Assembly (NCBI GenBank): GCA_963809895.1
Contig: CAWELD010000010.1
Location: 32,001 to 96,000, forward strand
Length of the DNA stretch: 64,000 nucleotides
Source of the DNA: an uncultured Gemmatimonadales bacterium
Lineage (GTDB): Bacteria > Gemmatimonadota > Gemmatimonadetes > Longimicrobiales > Gaopeijiaceae
Direction of reading: 5' to 3'
This document shows, in pieces, positions 46,281 through 55,957 of this stretch. The translations under genes and the position numbers were made by a program. Under the pieces are notes generated by a model. It was given only the letters and a program-made list of their open reading frames with translations, was not told where the DNA came from and did not search any database. Position 1 is the first letter of the stretch. The number at the start of each line of letters is the position of its first letter.

Positions 46281-48764
46281 CTACTCCGTGCGCAGCACCC
46301 GCTGTGGCTCCACCCGCGCCGAGGCCAGCGCCGGCAGCAGCGAGGCGGCCAGCGCGCTCAGCAGCAGGAGCACCGCCACGCCGGCGAAGGTCGTGGGATC
46401 GCGGGCGGGCACTTCGAAGAGCAGGTCCTGGACGCTCGCCCCGGTGAGCCAGGCCAGCGTCAGCCCCAGCGCAACGCCCAGCGCCGCCACCCCCACACCC
46501 TTCCGGAGCACCAGCGTCACCAGGTCCCAGCCGCGGGCACCCACGGCCATGCGGATGCCGAACTCGCGCGTGCGCTGTGAGACGTCGTAGGCCACCACGC
46601 TGAACATGCCCAGCGTGGCGAGCAGAAGCGCCAGCGAGCCGAAGATCCCCAGCACGCGGGCTCCCACGGTCCAGGTGCGGGTCTGCAGCGATACCCGGTC
46701 CAGGAGCGCCTGGCTCCGGATCCAGGCCCCGGTGCCTACGGCCTGCTGGAGCTGGGCACGCACCGGCTCGACCATGTCGGCCGCGCGTCCGTCGGTGCGC
46801 AGCATGAGCACGCCGGGCATCCCGTAGTAGAACTGCGTCCACGGCACGTAGAACTGCAGCCCCTCGGCGGCCTCGAAGTCACCCCGGCGGATGTCCTGGG
46901 CGACGCCCACCACCTCGCGGCACGGGAGCGTGTCGGCGCCGACCCTCAGGCACTGGCCCAGCGCGTTCCCGTCGGGCCACGCCGCGCGCGCCAGCGACTC
47001 GCTCACCACCATGACGGGGGCCGCGCCCTCGTCGTCGCTGGGGCGCAGCGCCCGACCCCGGACGATGCGGGTGCCCATGGTCTCGAAGTAGGTGCCCGAC
47101 ACCGCGTGCGTGGCGACGGTGCCCCGGGGGGCCACGGGCTCTCCGTCGGGCCGGAGCACGGCGTCGAAGGAGTTGCGCCAGAAGGGGATGGTCGCGCTGA
47201 GTGCCACGGAGCGCACGCCGGGGATCCCCTGGGCCGCGGTCACGAGCGTCTCCATGGTGCGCTGCCTGTCCTCGGTGGTGGAGGAGATCCCGCCTGCCTC
47301 CGCCAGCGGGCTCCGGGCTTCGGGGCTCACCAGGACGATGCGGTCGGGCTGGTAGCCCAGGTCCAGCGCCGATACCCGCGCCACGCTTCTGAGGAACAGG
47401 CCGGCCCCCACCAGCAGCACGGTGGACAGCGTCGCCTGGGCCACGAGCAGGCCGGTCTGGGCCGGGGTGCGTGCCGCTCCCCCCTGCGCGCCGCCGCCGC
47501 GGAGTGCCGACTGGAGATCCCCCCTGTGCCGCTGCAGCGCGGGGGCCAGCGCCGCCAGCAGGCCGGCCAGCGTCATCACCACCAACCCCACGAGCAGCGA
47601 GCGCCCGTTCAGGCCGGCGAGCTCCGCCGACTCGGGGGGCAGGAGCAGCCGCGCCATCACGCGCACCGCCCCGTACGCCATGGGGAGCGCCACCGCCCCG
47701 GCGGCCACCGCCAGCACGGCGCTCTCCATGAGTACGCCCCCCACCAGCCGGCCACGGCCGATCCCCAGCGCGCGGCGCACGGCGTTCTCGCGACGCCTGC
47801 GCAGGGCCCGACCCAGCATGAGGGTGGAGACGTTGGCGCAGGCGACCAGGAGCACGATCCAGCTCATGGCGAAGAGCCAGAGCGAGATACGCGCTGCGTC
47901 GCTCCGGTACGGGCCCCGGTCGCGGAGCACCGGCGTCAGCAGCACCTGCGGGTCCATGGTGGCCACCGCGTCGGCGTCGCGGGCGGCCGTGAAGTGCCGT
48001 CGGTAGGCCCGCTCCAGGTCCGAGGCGAGCTGCGCCTCGCTGGCGCCCTCGCGGCTCCGGGCCACGAGCTCGATCCAGGTGGTGAAGGGACGGGACGCGA
48101 AGGTGGCGCTGGCGATGTCGGCGCCTGCCGCGGTGATGGGCACCCACGCCACCGGATTGCGGCCGTCCACGCCGTGGAAGTCTTCGGGCGCGACGCCCAC
48201 GATGGTGTAGGTGCGCGTGCCGATACGGATGTCGCGGCCCAGGGCCGCGCGGTCGCCCCCATAGGCGGATTGCCAGTAGCCGTGAGACAGCACGGCCACC
48301 GGCTCGCCGGAGGGGAGTTGGTCCTCGTCGGCACCGAAGAAGCGGCCCAGTGCCGGGCTCATGTCGAAGAGCGACCAGTAGCTGGCGCTGACCGCGTCCA
48401 CCGCCGTGGGCTTCGCGTCGTCGTCGGGTGCCACGAAGAGGGTGGTGGCGGAGATCCCGGCCACCGCGGCCGCCGAGGGCGTGTGCGCTGCCAGGTCCTG
48501 GAGGGCCGGATAGCTGAAGGATCCGTCCTGCACCCGGCGGTCGCGCAGGGCCCGGTCGATGTAGACCCGGTGGGCCGACCCGGGGTCGGCGAGGTGGGCC
48601 GGCGGCCGGATCAGCATGCGGTCCACCAGCTCGAACATGGCCGCGTTGGCGCCGATGCCCAGCCCCAGTGCCAGCACGATGGCCGCCGAGAATCCCGGGC
48701 TCCGTGCCAACGACCGCACGGTTTGCTTGAGCTCCGCCCCCCATCCGTCGATCCAACCACCCAT
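46281..48764 (-). CDS. ADOP family duplicated ABC permease
   Basis: SPGFS...LGLGIGAN, LLVACANV, REFGIRMAVGA. Confidence 0.9.
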   Translation of the reverse strand: MGGWIDGWGAELKQTVRSLARSPGFSAAIVLALGLGIGANAAMFELVDRMLIRPPAHLADPGSAHRVYIDRALRDRRVQDGSFSYPALQDLAAHTPSAAAVAGISATTLFVAPDDDAKPTAVDAVSASYWSLFDMSPALGRFFGADEDQLPSGEPVAVLSHGYWQSAYGGDRAALGRDIRIGTRTYTIVGVAPEDFHGVDGRNPVAWVPITAAGADIASATFASRPFTTWIELVARSREGASEAQLASDLERAYRRHFTAARDADAVATMDPQVLLTPVLRDRGPYRSDAARISLWLFAMSWIVLLVACANVSTLMLGRALRRRRENAVRRALGIGRGRLVGGVLMESAVLAVAAGAVALPMAYGAVRVMARLLLPPESAELAGLNGRSLLVGLVVMTLAGLLAALAPALQRHRGDLQSALRGGGAQGGAARTPAQTGLLVAQATLSTVLLVGAGLFLRSVARVSALDLGYQPDRIVLVSPEARSPLAEAGGISSTTEDRQRTMETLVTAAQGIPGVRSVALSATIPFWRNSFDAVLRPDGEPVAPRGTVATHAVSGTYFETMGTRIVRGRALRPSDDEGAAPVMVVSESLARAAWPDGNALGQCLRVGADTLPCREVVGVAQDIRRGDFEAAEGLQFYVPWTQFYYGMPGVLMLRTDGRAADMVEPVRAQLQQAVGTGAWIRSQALLDRVSLQTRTWTVGARVLGIFGSLALLLATLGMFSVVAYDVSQRTREFGIRMAVGARGWDLVTLVLRKGVGVAALGVALGLTLAWLTGASVQDLLFEVPARDPTTFAGVAVLLLLSALAASLLPALASARVEPQRVLRTE

Positions 48765-48968
48765 GCCGCCCCCTCGTCCGTTGGAGTACGCCCGGTGGGA
48801 CAGGAGCGCGGGTGGAAGCGTTGCGCGGGGTGCCCCTGCCGGGTCGCCGTCGGTCCGGCACCCGCGCCTGGCATGCCCTCGTCCCGGCCATGCGACCCCA
48901 GCGCGATGGTAGGAATTCAGCGGTTGCGACGTTGATAGGATGGAGCGGACCCACGACGGAGCACGGCG

Positions 48969-49559
48969 GTGGAGCTGGACCGGATCAGAGCGGGTGACGA
49001 AGAGGCGCTGGCGCTTCTCCTCGAGGAGTGCTGGGCTCCCCTCGTCCGCTATCTGTGGGGGATCACGGCGTCCAGCGCGGAAGCCGAGGACGCGGCGCAG
49101 GAGGCCTTCGTCCGACTGTGGGAGCGACGGGAGGAGTGGACCGCCGGCTCGCCGCGCGGCCTGGTCTTCCGTATCGCCCGGAATGTGGCGCTCGATGCCG
49201 AGCGCAGGCGGCGCACCCGGAGTCGGCTGCAACCGGAGGCCGCCGGCGCGACCTCGGCGGGTCCCCCCACGCCCGAGCAGGAGCTCCGGGACGCCCGAGT
49301 GTCGGCTCGCGTCCAGGCGGCGGTGGCGGCGCTGCCCGCGCGCCGCCGGGAGACCTTCGAGCTGGTGCGCTTTCACGGGCTCAGCTACCGCCAGGCCGCC
49401 GAAGCGCTGGAGGTATCCGAACAGACCGTCGCCAACCAGATGAGCCGGGCCATGCGGGAGCTGCGGGCCTCGCTGCAGGACCTGCTGGCCGGGGAGCGCG
49501 GCGCCGCTCCCGACGCCTCGACGAGCGCTTCCACCCACGAGGAGATGGAGCATGGATGA
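48969..49559 (+). CDS. ECF RNA polymerase sigma-70 factor (FecI-like)
   Basis: AEDAAQEAFVRLW region 2; GLSYRQAAEAL..SEQTV region 4; adjacent to FecR. Confidence 0.9.
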   Translation: MELDRIRAGDEEALALLLEECWAPLVRYLWGITASSAEAEDAAQEAFVRLWERREEWTAGSPRGLVFRIARNVALDAERRRRTRSRLQPEAAGATSAGPPTPEQELRDARVSARVQAAVAALPARRRETFELVRFHGLSYRQAAEALEVSEQTVANQMSRAMRELRASLQDLLAGERGAAPDASTSASTHEEMEHG

Positions 49560-50532
49560 GCACCTGGTGGCCGTGGTGGGGGTGGTGGCTGGCGAGGCCG
49601 ACGAGCTCAGTCGTCACAAAGTGGCGCGCTGGCGGCAGGCCTCGGGCGAGAACGCACGGACGCTCCGGGAGCTGGAGCGGCTGTGGGCGCTCGTGGGCGA
49701 GGTGGAGGCGAGGGCGGTGCCTCGGGCCCCCGAGGCCGCGACGATCCTGGCCGAGGCGCGGGCGCGGCGGCGACGAGCTCAGGGTCGCGCCGCCCGTCGC
49801 GCGCTCGTGCGCGGGCCGTGGGTCCGGTACGGGCTGGCCGTGGCCGTCGTGGCGGCGCTGGTCCTGGGTGTCGTGTGGACCCGTGGCCGCCCGGCGGCCG
49901 GCTCGCCCGGGCTCACGTCGGTGGCGTCGTCCACGGGCACGGGCGAGGTGGTCACCATGACGCTCTCCGACGGCAGCGTGGTGCGGGTGGCGCCGGCGTC
50001 GAGGGTGGAGTTCCCGCCCACCCGGGGCCCGCGCGAGGTGGTGCTCGACGGTAAGGCCTTCTTCGCGGTGGCCCACGCCGAGACCCCGTTCGTCGTGCGC
50101 ACCCGGGCCGGCACGCTGACCGTGACCGGCACCCGCTTCGAAGCCCGCACCGACGGCGACGCCACCCGCGTCGTCACGGTGGAGGGCACGGTACGACTCA
50201 CCAGCCCCGCGGGCGACGCCGACGTGCACGCGGGCCAGGTCGGATTTCTGAACCCCGACGGTCCGCCCCGCGTGGTGGCCCGCGACGACGTGTGGTCTCT
50301 GCTGGACTGGGCGGGGGGGCTCCTGGTCTTCCAGGCCACCCCGCTCGGCGAGGTCGGGAGCGAGATCGAGCGCCACTTCGGCAGACCCGTGCGGGTAGCC
50401 GACAGGGTGGCCCAGCGGCGCGTGACGGCCTGGTTCGAGGACGAGTCTCTCGACGAGGTCCTGTCGTCGGTGTGCGTGGTGGCGGACGTGGCGTGCCGCG
50501 TGGGCGCCGACACGGTCGTGGTGGGACGGTGA
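49552..50532 (+). CDS. FecR family anti-sigma factor
   Basis: TM segment, LSDGSVV, REVVLDGKAFF.V, V.GT.F, W..G.L.F..TPL. Confidence 0.9.
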   Translation: MDEHLVAVVGVVAGEADELSRHKVARWRQASGENARTLRELERLWALVGEVEARAVPRAPEAATILAEARARRRRAQGRAARRALVRGPWVRYGLAVAVVAALVLGVVWTRGRPAAGSPGLTSVASSTGTGEVVTMTLSDGSVVRVAPASRVEFPPTRGPREVVLDGKAFFAVAHAETPFVVRTRAGTLTVTGTRFEARTDGDATRVVTVEGTVRLTSPAGDADVHAGQVGFLNPDGPPRVVARDDVWSLLDWAGGLLVFQATPLGEVGSEIERHFGRPVRVADRVAQRRVTAWFEDESLDEVLSSVCVVADVACRVGADTVVVGR

Positions 50533-53141
50533 GGAGGGCGTGGGCGGCCGCGCTGGCCACGGGGGCGGTCGTCGCGGCGCCTCCGGTGGGAGCGCAGCAA
50601 CCGTCGTCCCTGCTGGAGCGCCCCGCACGGCTCACGCTCGCGTCGGCCTCGCTGGAGGAAGCGCTGGGCTCGCTGCAGAGAAGCTCGGGCGTGAGCCTGG
50701 CCTACAGTCCGGACCTGCTGCCCGGCGACCGGCGGGTGGCGTGCCCCTGCGCGGATGCCACGGTAGCTGCGGCGTTGGACCGCCTCCTGGCTGGGACCGG
50801 GCTCGGATACCAGGCCCGTGGAAGGCGCATCCTCATCGCACCCGCCCCCGCATCGGCATCCCCCCGAGGCGAGGACGGGCTGGCGCTCACGGGGCTCGTG
50901 GTGGACGCCGAGGGTGGCCGGCCCGTGGCGGCGGCCGATGTCGTGCTCACCCCGGGCGACCGCCGTGGGCTCACCACCGGTGACGGCCGCTTCGTCTTGG
51001 CGGGACTGACTCCGGGACGGTACGAGGTGCAGGTGTCGGCGTTGGGGTTCCAGGCCGCGACCGTGTCGGTGGAGCTCGGGTCGAGCGCGGAGCCGGTACC
51101 CATCGCCCTGGAGCGGGCGCCCCTCGAGTTGGACGAGATCGTCATCTCGCCCGGGAGCTTCGGCGTGCTGGAGGTGAATCCCGCAGCCAGCGGAGTGGCG
51201 GTGAGCCGCGAGGACATCGAAGCCATTCCCCAGCTCGGCGACGACGCGTTTCGTACCCTCAAGCGCATGCCCGGCGTGTCCACGGACGACGTGTCGGCGC
51301 GCCTGAACGTGCGCGGTGCGTCGGACCGCGACCTGGTGGTGCGCCTGGACGGCATCGAGCTGTACGAGCCGTACCACCTGCGCGACGTGGACGGCGCGCT
51401 GGGCATCGTCGACGTGCAGTCGCTGGGCAGCGTGAACCTGGTCACCGGGGGATTCCCGGCGGACTACGGCGGGGGCATGGCGGGCGTGTTCGACATGCGC
51501 ACGCGCACCCCGCCGCCCACGGGCTCACGCACCACGGTGAGCCTCAGCCTGAGCTCGCTCTCCTACAACGGCCAGGGCCGCTTCGCCGGCGACCGGGGCC
51601 AGTGGCTGGCCTCGCTCCGTCGTGGGTTCCTTCAGTACGTGCTGTCGGTCTCGGGCGTGGACGACGACCTGAGGCCCACCTACTGGGACGCGCTGGGCAA
51701 GGTGCGCTACCTGCTCTCCGACCGTCATGCCCTGTCGGCCGAGGTGCTGTGGGCCGGCGACGGGCTCACCTGGCGGAACGAGGACAGCGATGCGGCCATC
51801 GGCAGTGATTGGACCAACGGCTACGGCTGGCTCACCTGGGAGGGCGACCTGACGCCGAGGCTGCGAGCCGACGCCACGGTGTCGGTCGGACACATGAGCC
51901 GGCACCGGCTCGGAGACGTGACCGATGCGGGCCGGGAGGCCTTCAGCCCGGTTTCGGCGCACATCGACGACCGGGCCTCCTTCGACTTCGCCGGGGTGCG
52001 GCAGGGCTGGGAGGCCGACATCGCCGGAGCGCTCCTCCTGCGGGCCGGGTGGGAGTACCGCGCCAGCTCCGGCCAATACGCGTACAGCTCGCGGGCGGGC
52101 TACTACGACGTGGACACCGACGGACACATCGTGGTGCGACCGGTGGCCGAAGACCACGTGTTGACGCCCGATGGCAACGAGCTGGGTGCGTGGACGGCGC
52201 TCCGCGGCCGGGCGCCCGGTGGGGTCACCTGGGAGGGCGGCCTCCGCTTCGATCGCCAGTCCCTGACCGGCGAACACCAGCTCTCGCCCCGTCTGCTGAT
52301 GCGCTGGGATCTGGACGGGTCTACGACGCTGCGAGGCACCTGGGGTCGTTACGGCCAGGCACAGGAGCTTCACGAGCTCTCCATCGAGGACGGTGAGATC
52401 CGATACAGTGACGCGGAGACCGCGGACCAGGTGGCTCTCGGGCTGGAGCGCTCCTTCGGCGCGGGCGTCACGGCGCGGGTGGAGGTCTACCGTCGTGGGG
52501 TCCCCCGGCCTCGCCCCGTGTTCGTGAATCTCTCGCGAGCGGTGAATCCCCTGTACGAGGTGCAGGCGGACCGACGGCGTCTGGATCCGGACCGGGCCCG
52601 GGCGCGCGGGCTGGAGGTGTTCGTGTCGCGCGAAGGGACGGGGCGGTGGAGCTGGTCCGCCAGCTACGCGCTGGCGAGCTCGGAGATGCGCGTCGAGGAC
52701 GCGTGGATTCCCCGGACGCTGGACCAGCGGCACACGCTGGGGTTGTTCGCGGCCTACAGGCTGGGGGATCGTTGGCAGGTGAGCGGAACCTGGCAGCTCC
52801 ACACCGGTTGGCCCTACACCGCGCAGTATCTCGACCTCGTGGTGGACGAAGGAGGCGAAGGCGAGCCGACGGTGGAGCTGGTGCGGCGGGAGTTCGGCCC
52901 ACTGAACGCCCAGCGGCTACCGCCGTACCACCGGCTGGATGTGCGGGTCACGCGGGGGTTCGTCGTGCGCCGCAGCCGGCTCGAAGTGTTCCTGGACGTA
53001 TTCAACGCCTACAACCGCACGAACCTGCGAGGCTACGAGTGGACGCTCCGGAAGCGAGGCGATCTCTACTCCGTCCGTCGGGAGACCGGAGAGGAGCAGC
53101 TGCCGATTCTCCCGACGCTGGGATTTCGCTGGGTGTTCTGA
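50529..53141 (+). CDS. TonB-dependent receptor with N-terminal STN signalling and CarboxypepD_reg-like domains
   Basis: STN-like N-terminus, plug NVRG...DG..YEPYH, GGFPADYGG, RLPPYHRLD, terminal F. Confidence 0.9.
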   Translation: MRRAWAAALATGAVVAAPPVGAQQPSSLLERPARLTLASASLEEALGSLQRSSGVSLAYSPDLLPGDRRVACPCADATVAAALDRLLAGTGLGYQARGRRILIAPAPASASPRGEDGLALTGLVVDAEGGRPVAAADVVLTPGDRRGLTTGDGRFVLAGLTPGRYEVQVSALGFQAATVSVELGSSAEPVPIALERAPLELDEIVISPGSFGVLEVNPAASGVAVSREDIEAIPQLGDDAFRTLKRMPGVSTDDVSARLNVRGASDRDLVVRLDGIELYEPYHLRDVDGALGIVDVQSLGSVNLVTGGFPADYGGGMAGVFDMRTRTPPPTGSRTTVSLSLSSLSYNGQGRFAGDRGQWLASLRRGFLQYVLSVSGVDDDLRPTYWDALGKVRYLLSDRHALSAEVLWAGDGLTWRNEDSDAAIGSDWTNGYGWLTWEGDLTPRLRADATVSVGHMSRHRLGDVTDAGREAFSPVSAHIDDRASFDFAGVRQGWEADIAGALLLRAGWEYRASSGQYAYSSRAGYYDVDTDGHIVVRPVAEDHVLTPDGNELGAWTALRGRAPGGVTWEGGLRFDRQSLTGEHQLSPRLLMRWDLDGSTTLRGTWGRYGQAQELHELSIEDGEIRYSDAETADQVALGLERSFGAGVTARVEVYRRGVPRPRPVFVNLSRAVNPLYEVQADRRRLDPDRARARGLEVFVSREGTGRWSWSASYALASSEMRVEDAWIPRTLDQRHTLGLFAAYRLGDRWQVSGTWQLHTGWPYTAQYLDLVVDEGGEGEPTVELVRREFGPLNAQRLPPYHRLDVRVTRGFVVRRSRLEVFLDVFNAYNRTNLRGYEWTLRKRGDLYSVRRETGEEQLPILPTLGFRWVF

Positions 53142-53269
53142 CGCCCCCCATGGCGGACCCAGGCCCGAGTTCCCGTTTCATGACGTAGATCCTTCCGGGT
53201 CGCGGGGGCGGGCACGTGGCCTGGCCCGACCGGGAGGCGAGCGCCGTGGAGGGTGCTGCCGTGGACGTC

Positions 53270-53815
53270 ATGAACGGGCGCGGGATCAGTTGCTTCGGGC
53301 CGAGGGCGTCGGCCCTTCTCCTGGCATTGGCCGTGGCAGTCGGCTGCGGAAGCGGTGATGCGGACGCGGCTCGAGCCGAACAGGCGCCAGCCGCCGATCG
53401 CCAGGAGGCCGGCCCACCGGTCGCCACCCTGACCCTGGGCGATGCGTCGTACAGCTTTCCCACCGCCTCGTGTGATCTCGCCGACAGTCAGGGCACCGGC
53501 ATGCTGGTGCGCGCCCGGGGCAAGGCCCCGGACGGTCGGAGTACCACCCTGGAGGTCGAACGGCTGAAGCGGGGGGACACCGTGCACGAGACGGTGGGTC
53601 TCACGGTGGGGAACCGCATGACCGGGGAGTACTGGACCGCGCGCGCCGACGGATGGCCCGACGGGCGCTGGGTCGTTCCGGGCCCGGGGGGAGCGACGCT
53701 GGAGGGTCGCCTGATCGTGGTGTCCGGCACGACCGTGACGGCCGAGGGCGCCTTCAGCCAGGAGAAGACCGAGGGCTCCAGGTCGGGATCGCTACGCGTG
53801 GACTGCGGAGGGTAG
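53270..53815 (+). CDS. Hypothetical lipoprotein
   Basis: AVGC lipobox, beta-rich mature part with two further Cys. Confidence 0.65.
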   Translation: MNGRGISCFGPRASALLLALAVAVGCGSGDADAARAEQAPAADRQEAGPPVATLTLGDASYSFPTASCDLADSQGTGMLVRARGKAPDGRSTTLEVERLKRGDTVHETVGLTVGNRMTGEYWTARADGWPDGRWVVPGPGGATLEGRLIVVSGTTVTAEGAFSQEKTEGSRSGSLRVDCGG

Positions 53816-53838
53816 CCGGCGACGCCGTGGACGAGGCC

Positions 53839-55704
53839 TCACGGCCCGCCCTCCACGAAGAGCGCGTGCCACATATGCATGCCCACCACCGCGGCGAGGA
53901 TGGGCCCCAGGCCCTCGGACGCGTTCCGGAGCTCCCGCACCGCCCTGGGGTCGAAGTAGCCGCAGGCGCGTACGCGCTCCTCGGATAGCAGTTCATGGAC
54001 GAAGTCGGGAGGATCGCCCCACTCGGCCTGCCATACGGGATCGGGGGTGCGAATGCCCTTCTTGCGTCGCCACGTGATCTCAGCCGGCAGGTAGGGCTCG
54101 ACGGCCTTCCGCAGCATGTGCTTTTCACGGGTGCGCGCCCGGAGTCGCGGTGGGATGCGCGTGCACAGCTCCACGAGCTCGTGGTCGAGGAAGGGAAGGC
54201 GAGGCTCGATGGATTCCGCCATGCTGCCCGCGTCCAGGCCCAGGTTGATGAAGCTGGGCATGCGGGTCTTGTGCTCGATGTAGAGGAGTTGCTGGAAGCG
54301 GTCCCAGCTCCCGAATCCCTCCGGCGGCATCCAGCCGTCGTCGCCTTCGTATGCCGCCTCAATGGCCGTACGGAGCTCCGGGAGCAGGAGCGGGCGCAGC
54401 CCGGGCCATCCCGACCACTGAAGTGCCGCGAAGCGCCGAGGCGTGAGCTCCGTGGCCGTGCCGATGGCCCGGCGATCGGGAGGTGAGATGCGGGGGAGCC
54501 GGCGCGCCAGGAATCGGCGGACGGGTGCCGGCAGTCCGTAGAGGGCCTGCCAGCGCCGCTCGCGGCGATACCAGGGATAGCCCCCGAAAATCTCGTCGGA
54601 GCCCTGCCCCGTGAGCGCCACCTTGTAGCGCCCCCTCATGGCGGCCCCGAGCACGTGATACGAGAAGTGCAGCACCGCGGGCTGCTCCCGATGCCACACG
54701 CCCTCGCGGAGCCTGTCCAGGAACGTATCTCCGAAGAGGATGCGCTCTCCGGAGAGTCGGAACCCGGGAAAGAGGTCCAACGTCTTCTGGTCGCGGAGCT
54801 CGTCGTAGCGCGCGTCCTCGAACCCCAGCGAGAAGGTGGGCAGCCCGCCCTGCTCCTCGGCGGCCAGCCAGGCCACGGTGCTGGAGTCGATGCCCGGGCT
54901 CAACCATCCGGCCACGGGCACGTCGCCCCGCAGGTGGATGCGCACCGACTCGCGGAGCTTGGCCAGGATGGCCTCGGCCCACTCCCCCTCGCCGCGGGGA
55001 AGGTCGCCGGCGCGCGCCTCGCCGAAGTCCAGGTCCCACCAGAGCTCCCGGCGGGCCTCCCCGTCCTCGAACACGAGCCGCTCGCCGGGGCGCACCTGTC
55101 TGATCCCCTTCCAGAGGCTCCGGTCGAAGACGGCACCCCCGAAGTAGAGCAGGCCCGAGAGTCCTGCGGGGTCCAGGGTGCGGTCCACGGCGCCGCCGGC
55201 GAGGATGGATTTGGCCTCGGAGGCGAAGAAGAGGGATCCGTCGGCACCGATGCCGTAGTAGAGGGGCTTGATGCCCATGCGGTCGCGCGCCAGCAGGAGC
55301 CGACGGCGCCGAGCGTCCCAGAGCGCGAGGGCGAACATCCCCCGGAGCCGGGAGAGGCACCGGGCGCCCATCTCCTCGTAGAGGTGCACGATCACCTCGA
55401 CGTCGGAGTGCCCGCGAAACTCGTGGCCGCCGGCCTCCAGCTCCCGCTGCAACTCGGGAGCGTTGTAGATCTCGCCGTTGCATACGACGACGACGGAGCC
55501 GTCTTCGTTGCCAATGGGCTGATCGCCCGTCTCTGCGAGGTCCACGATGCTGAGGCGGCGCATCCCGAGGCCGATCCCCGGCGCCGTGTGAAAGCCCTCG
55601 CCATCGGGTCCGCGGTGCGCGAGGAGCCCGGTCATGCGCGCCAGGAGTGCGCGGTCCACGGCAGCCGACGGGTCTGCCGGCACGATCCCGCAGATTCCGC
55701 ACAT
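53839..55704 (-). CDS. asnB: Asparagine synthase (glutamine-hydrolysing) family amidotransferase
   Basis: MCGICG, HRGPD, NGEIYN, ARDRMGIKPLY, TGQGSDEIFGGY, R.PFLD. Confidence 0.9.
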   Translation of the reverse strand: MCGICGIVPADPSAAVDRALLARMTGLLAHRGPDGEGFHTAPGIGLGMRRLSIVDLAETGDQPIGNEDGSVVVVCNGEIYNAPELQRELEAGGHEFRGHSDVEVIVHLYEEMGARCLSRLRGMFALALWDARRRRLLLARDRMGIKPLYYGIGADGSLFFASEAKSILAGGAVDRTLDPAGLSGLLYFGGAVFDRSLWKGIRQVRPGERLVFEDGEARRELWWDLDFGEARAGDLPRGEGEWAEAILAKLRESVRIHLRGDVPVAGWLSPGIDSSTVAWLAAEEQGGLPTFSLGFEDARYDELRDQKTLDLFPGFRLSGERILFGDTFLDRLREGVWHREQPAVLHFSYHVLGAAMRGRYKVALTGQGSDEIFGGYPWYRRERRWQALYGLPAPVRRFLARRLPRISPPDRRAIGTATELTPRRFAALQWSGWPGLRPLLLPELRTAIEAAYEGDDGWMPPEGFGSWDRFQQLLYIEHKTRMPSFINLGLDAGSMAESIEPRLPFLDHELVELCTRIPPRLRARTREKHMLRKAVEPYLPAEITWRRKKGIRTPDPVWQAEWGDPPDFVHELLSEERVRACGYFDPRAVRELRNASEGLGPILAAVVGMHMWHALFVEGGP

Positions 55705-55957
55705 GAAAGGTCCTGGCTGATGGGCCCGGAGTGGAGTTGGATCCGGGGTCGCCGCGTCCGGGAAGGGGGAAGGGCGACCGGCTCAATTCACCGTCACCGG
55801 CGGCGAAAGTCAACGGCGGGAGCGCGAAAACCGGGTTCGTGAAGCACGCATCGTCGGCCCTTGGCCACGTCGCAGGCAAGGGGCGGAATCGTGTGGGTCA
55901 CGAGGCTTGACAGGTGCCTCGGGTTGAAGGATTCTTCATCCCCCCCAGGCCCCCTGC

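Noticed and set aside
53839..55704. Lasso peptide cyclase / RiPP cluster
   Set aside because: The glutaminase Cys2 is intact, and no B1/B2 proteins or precursor peptide were seen nearby.
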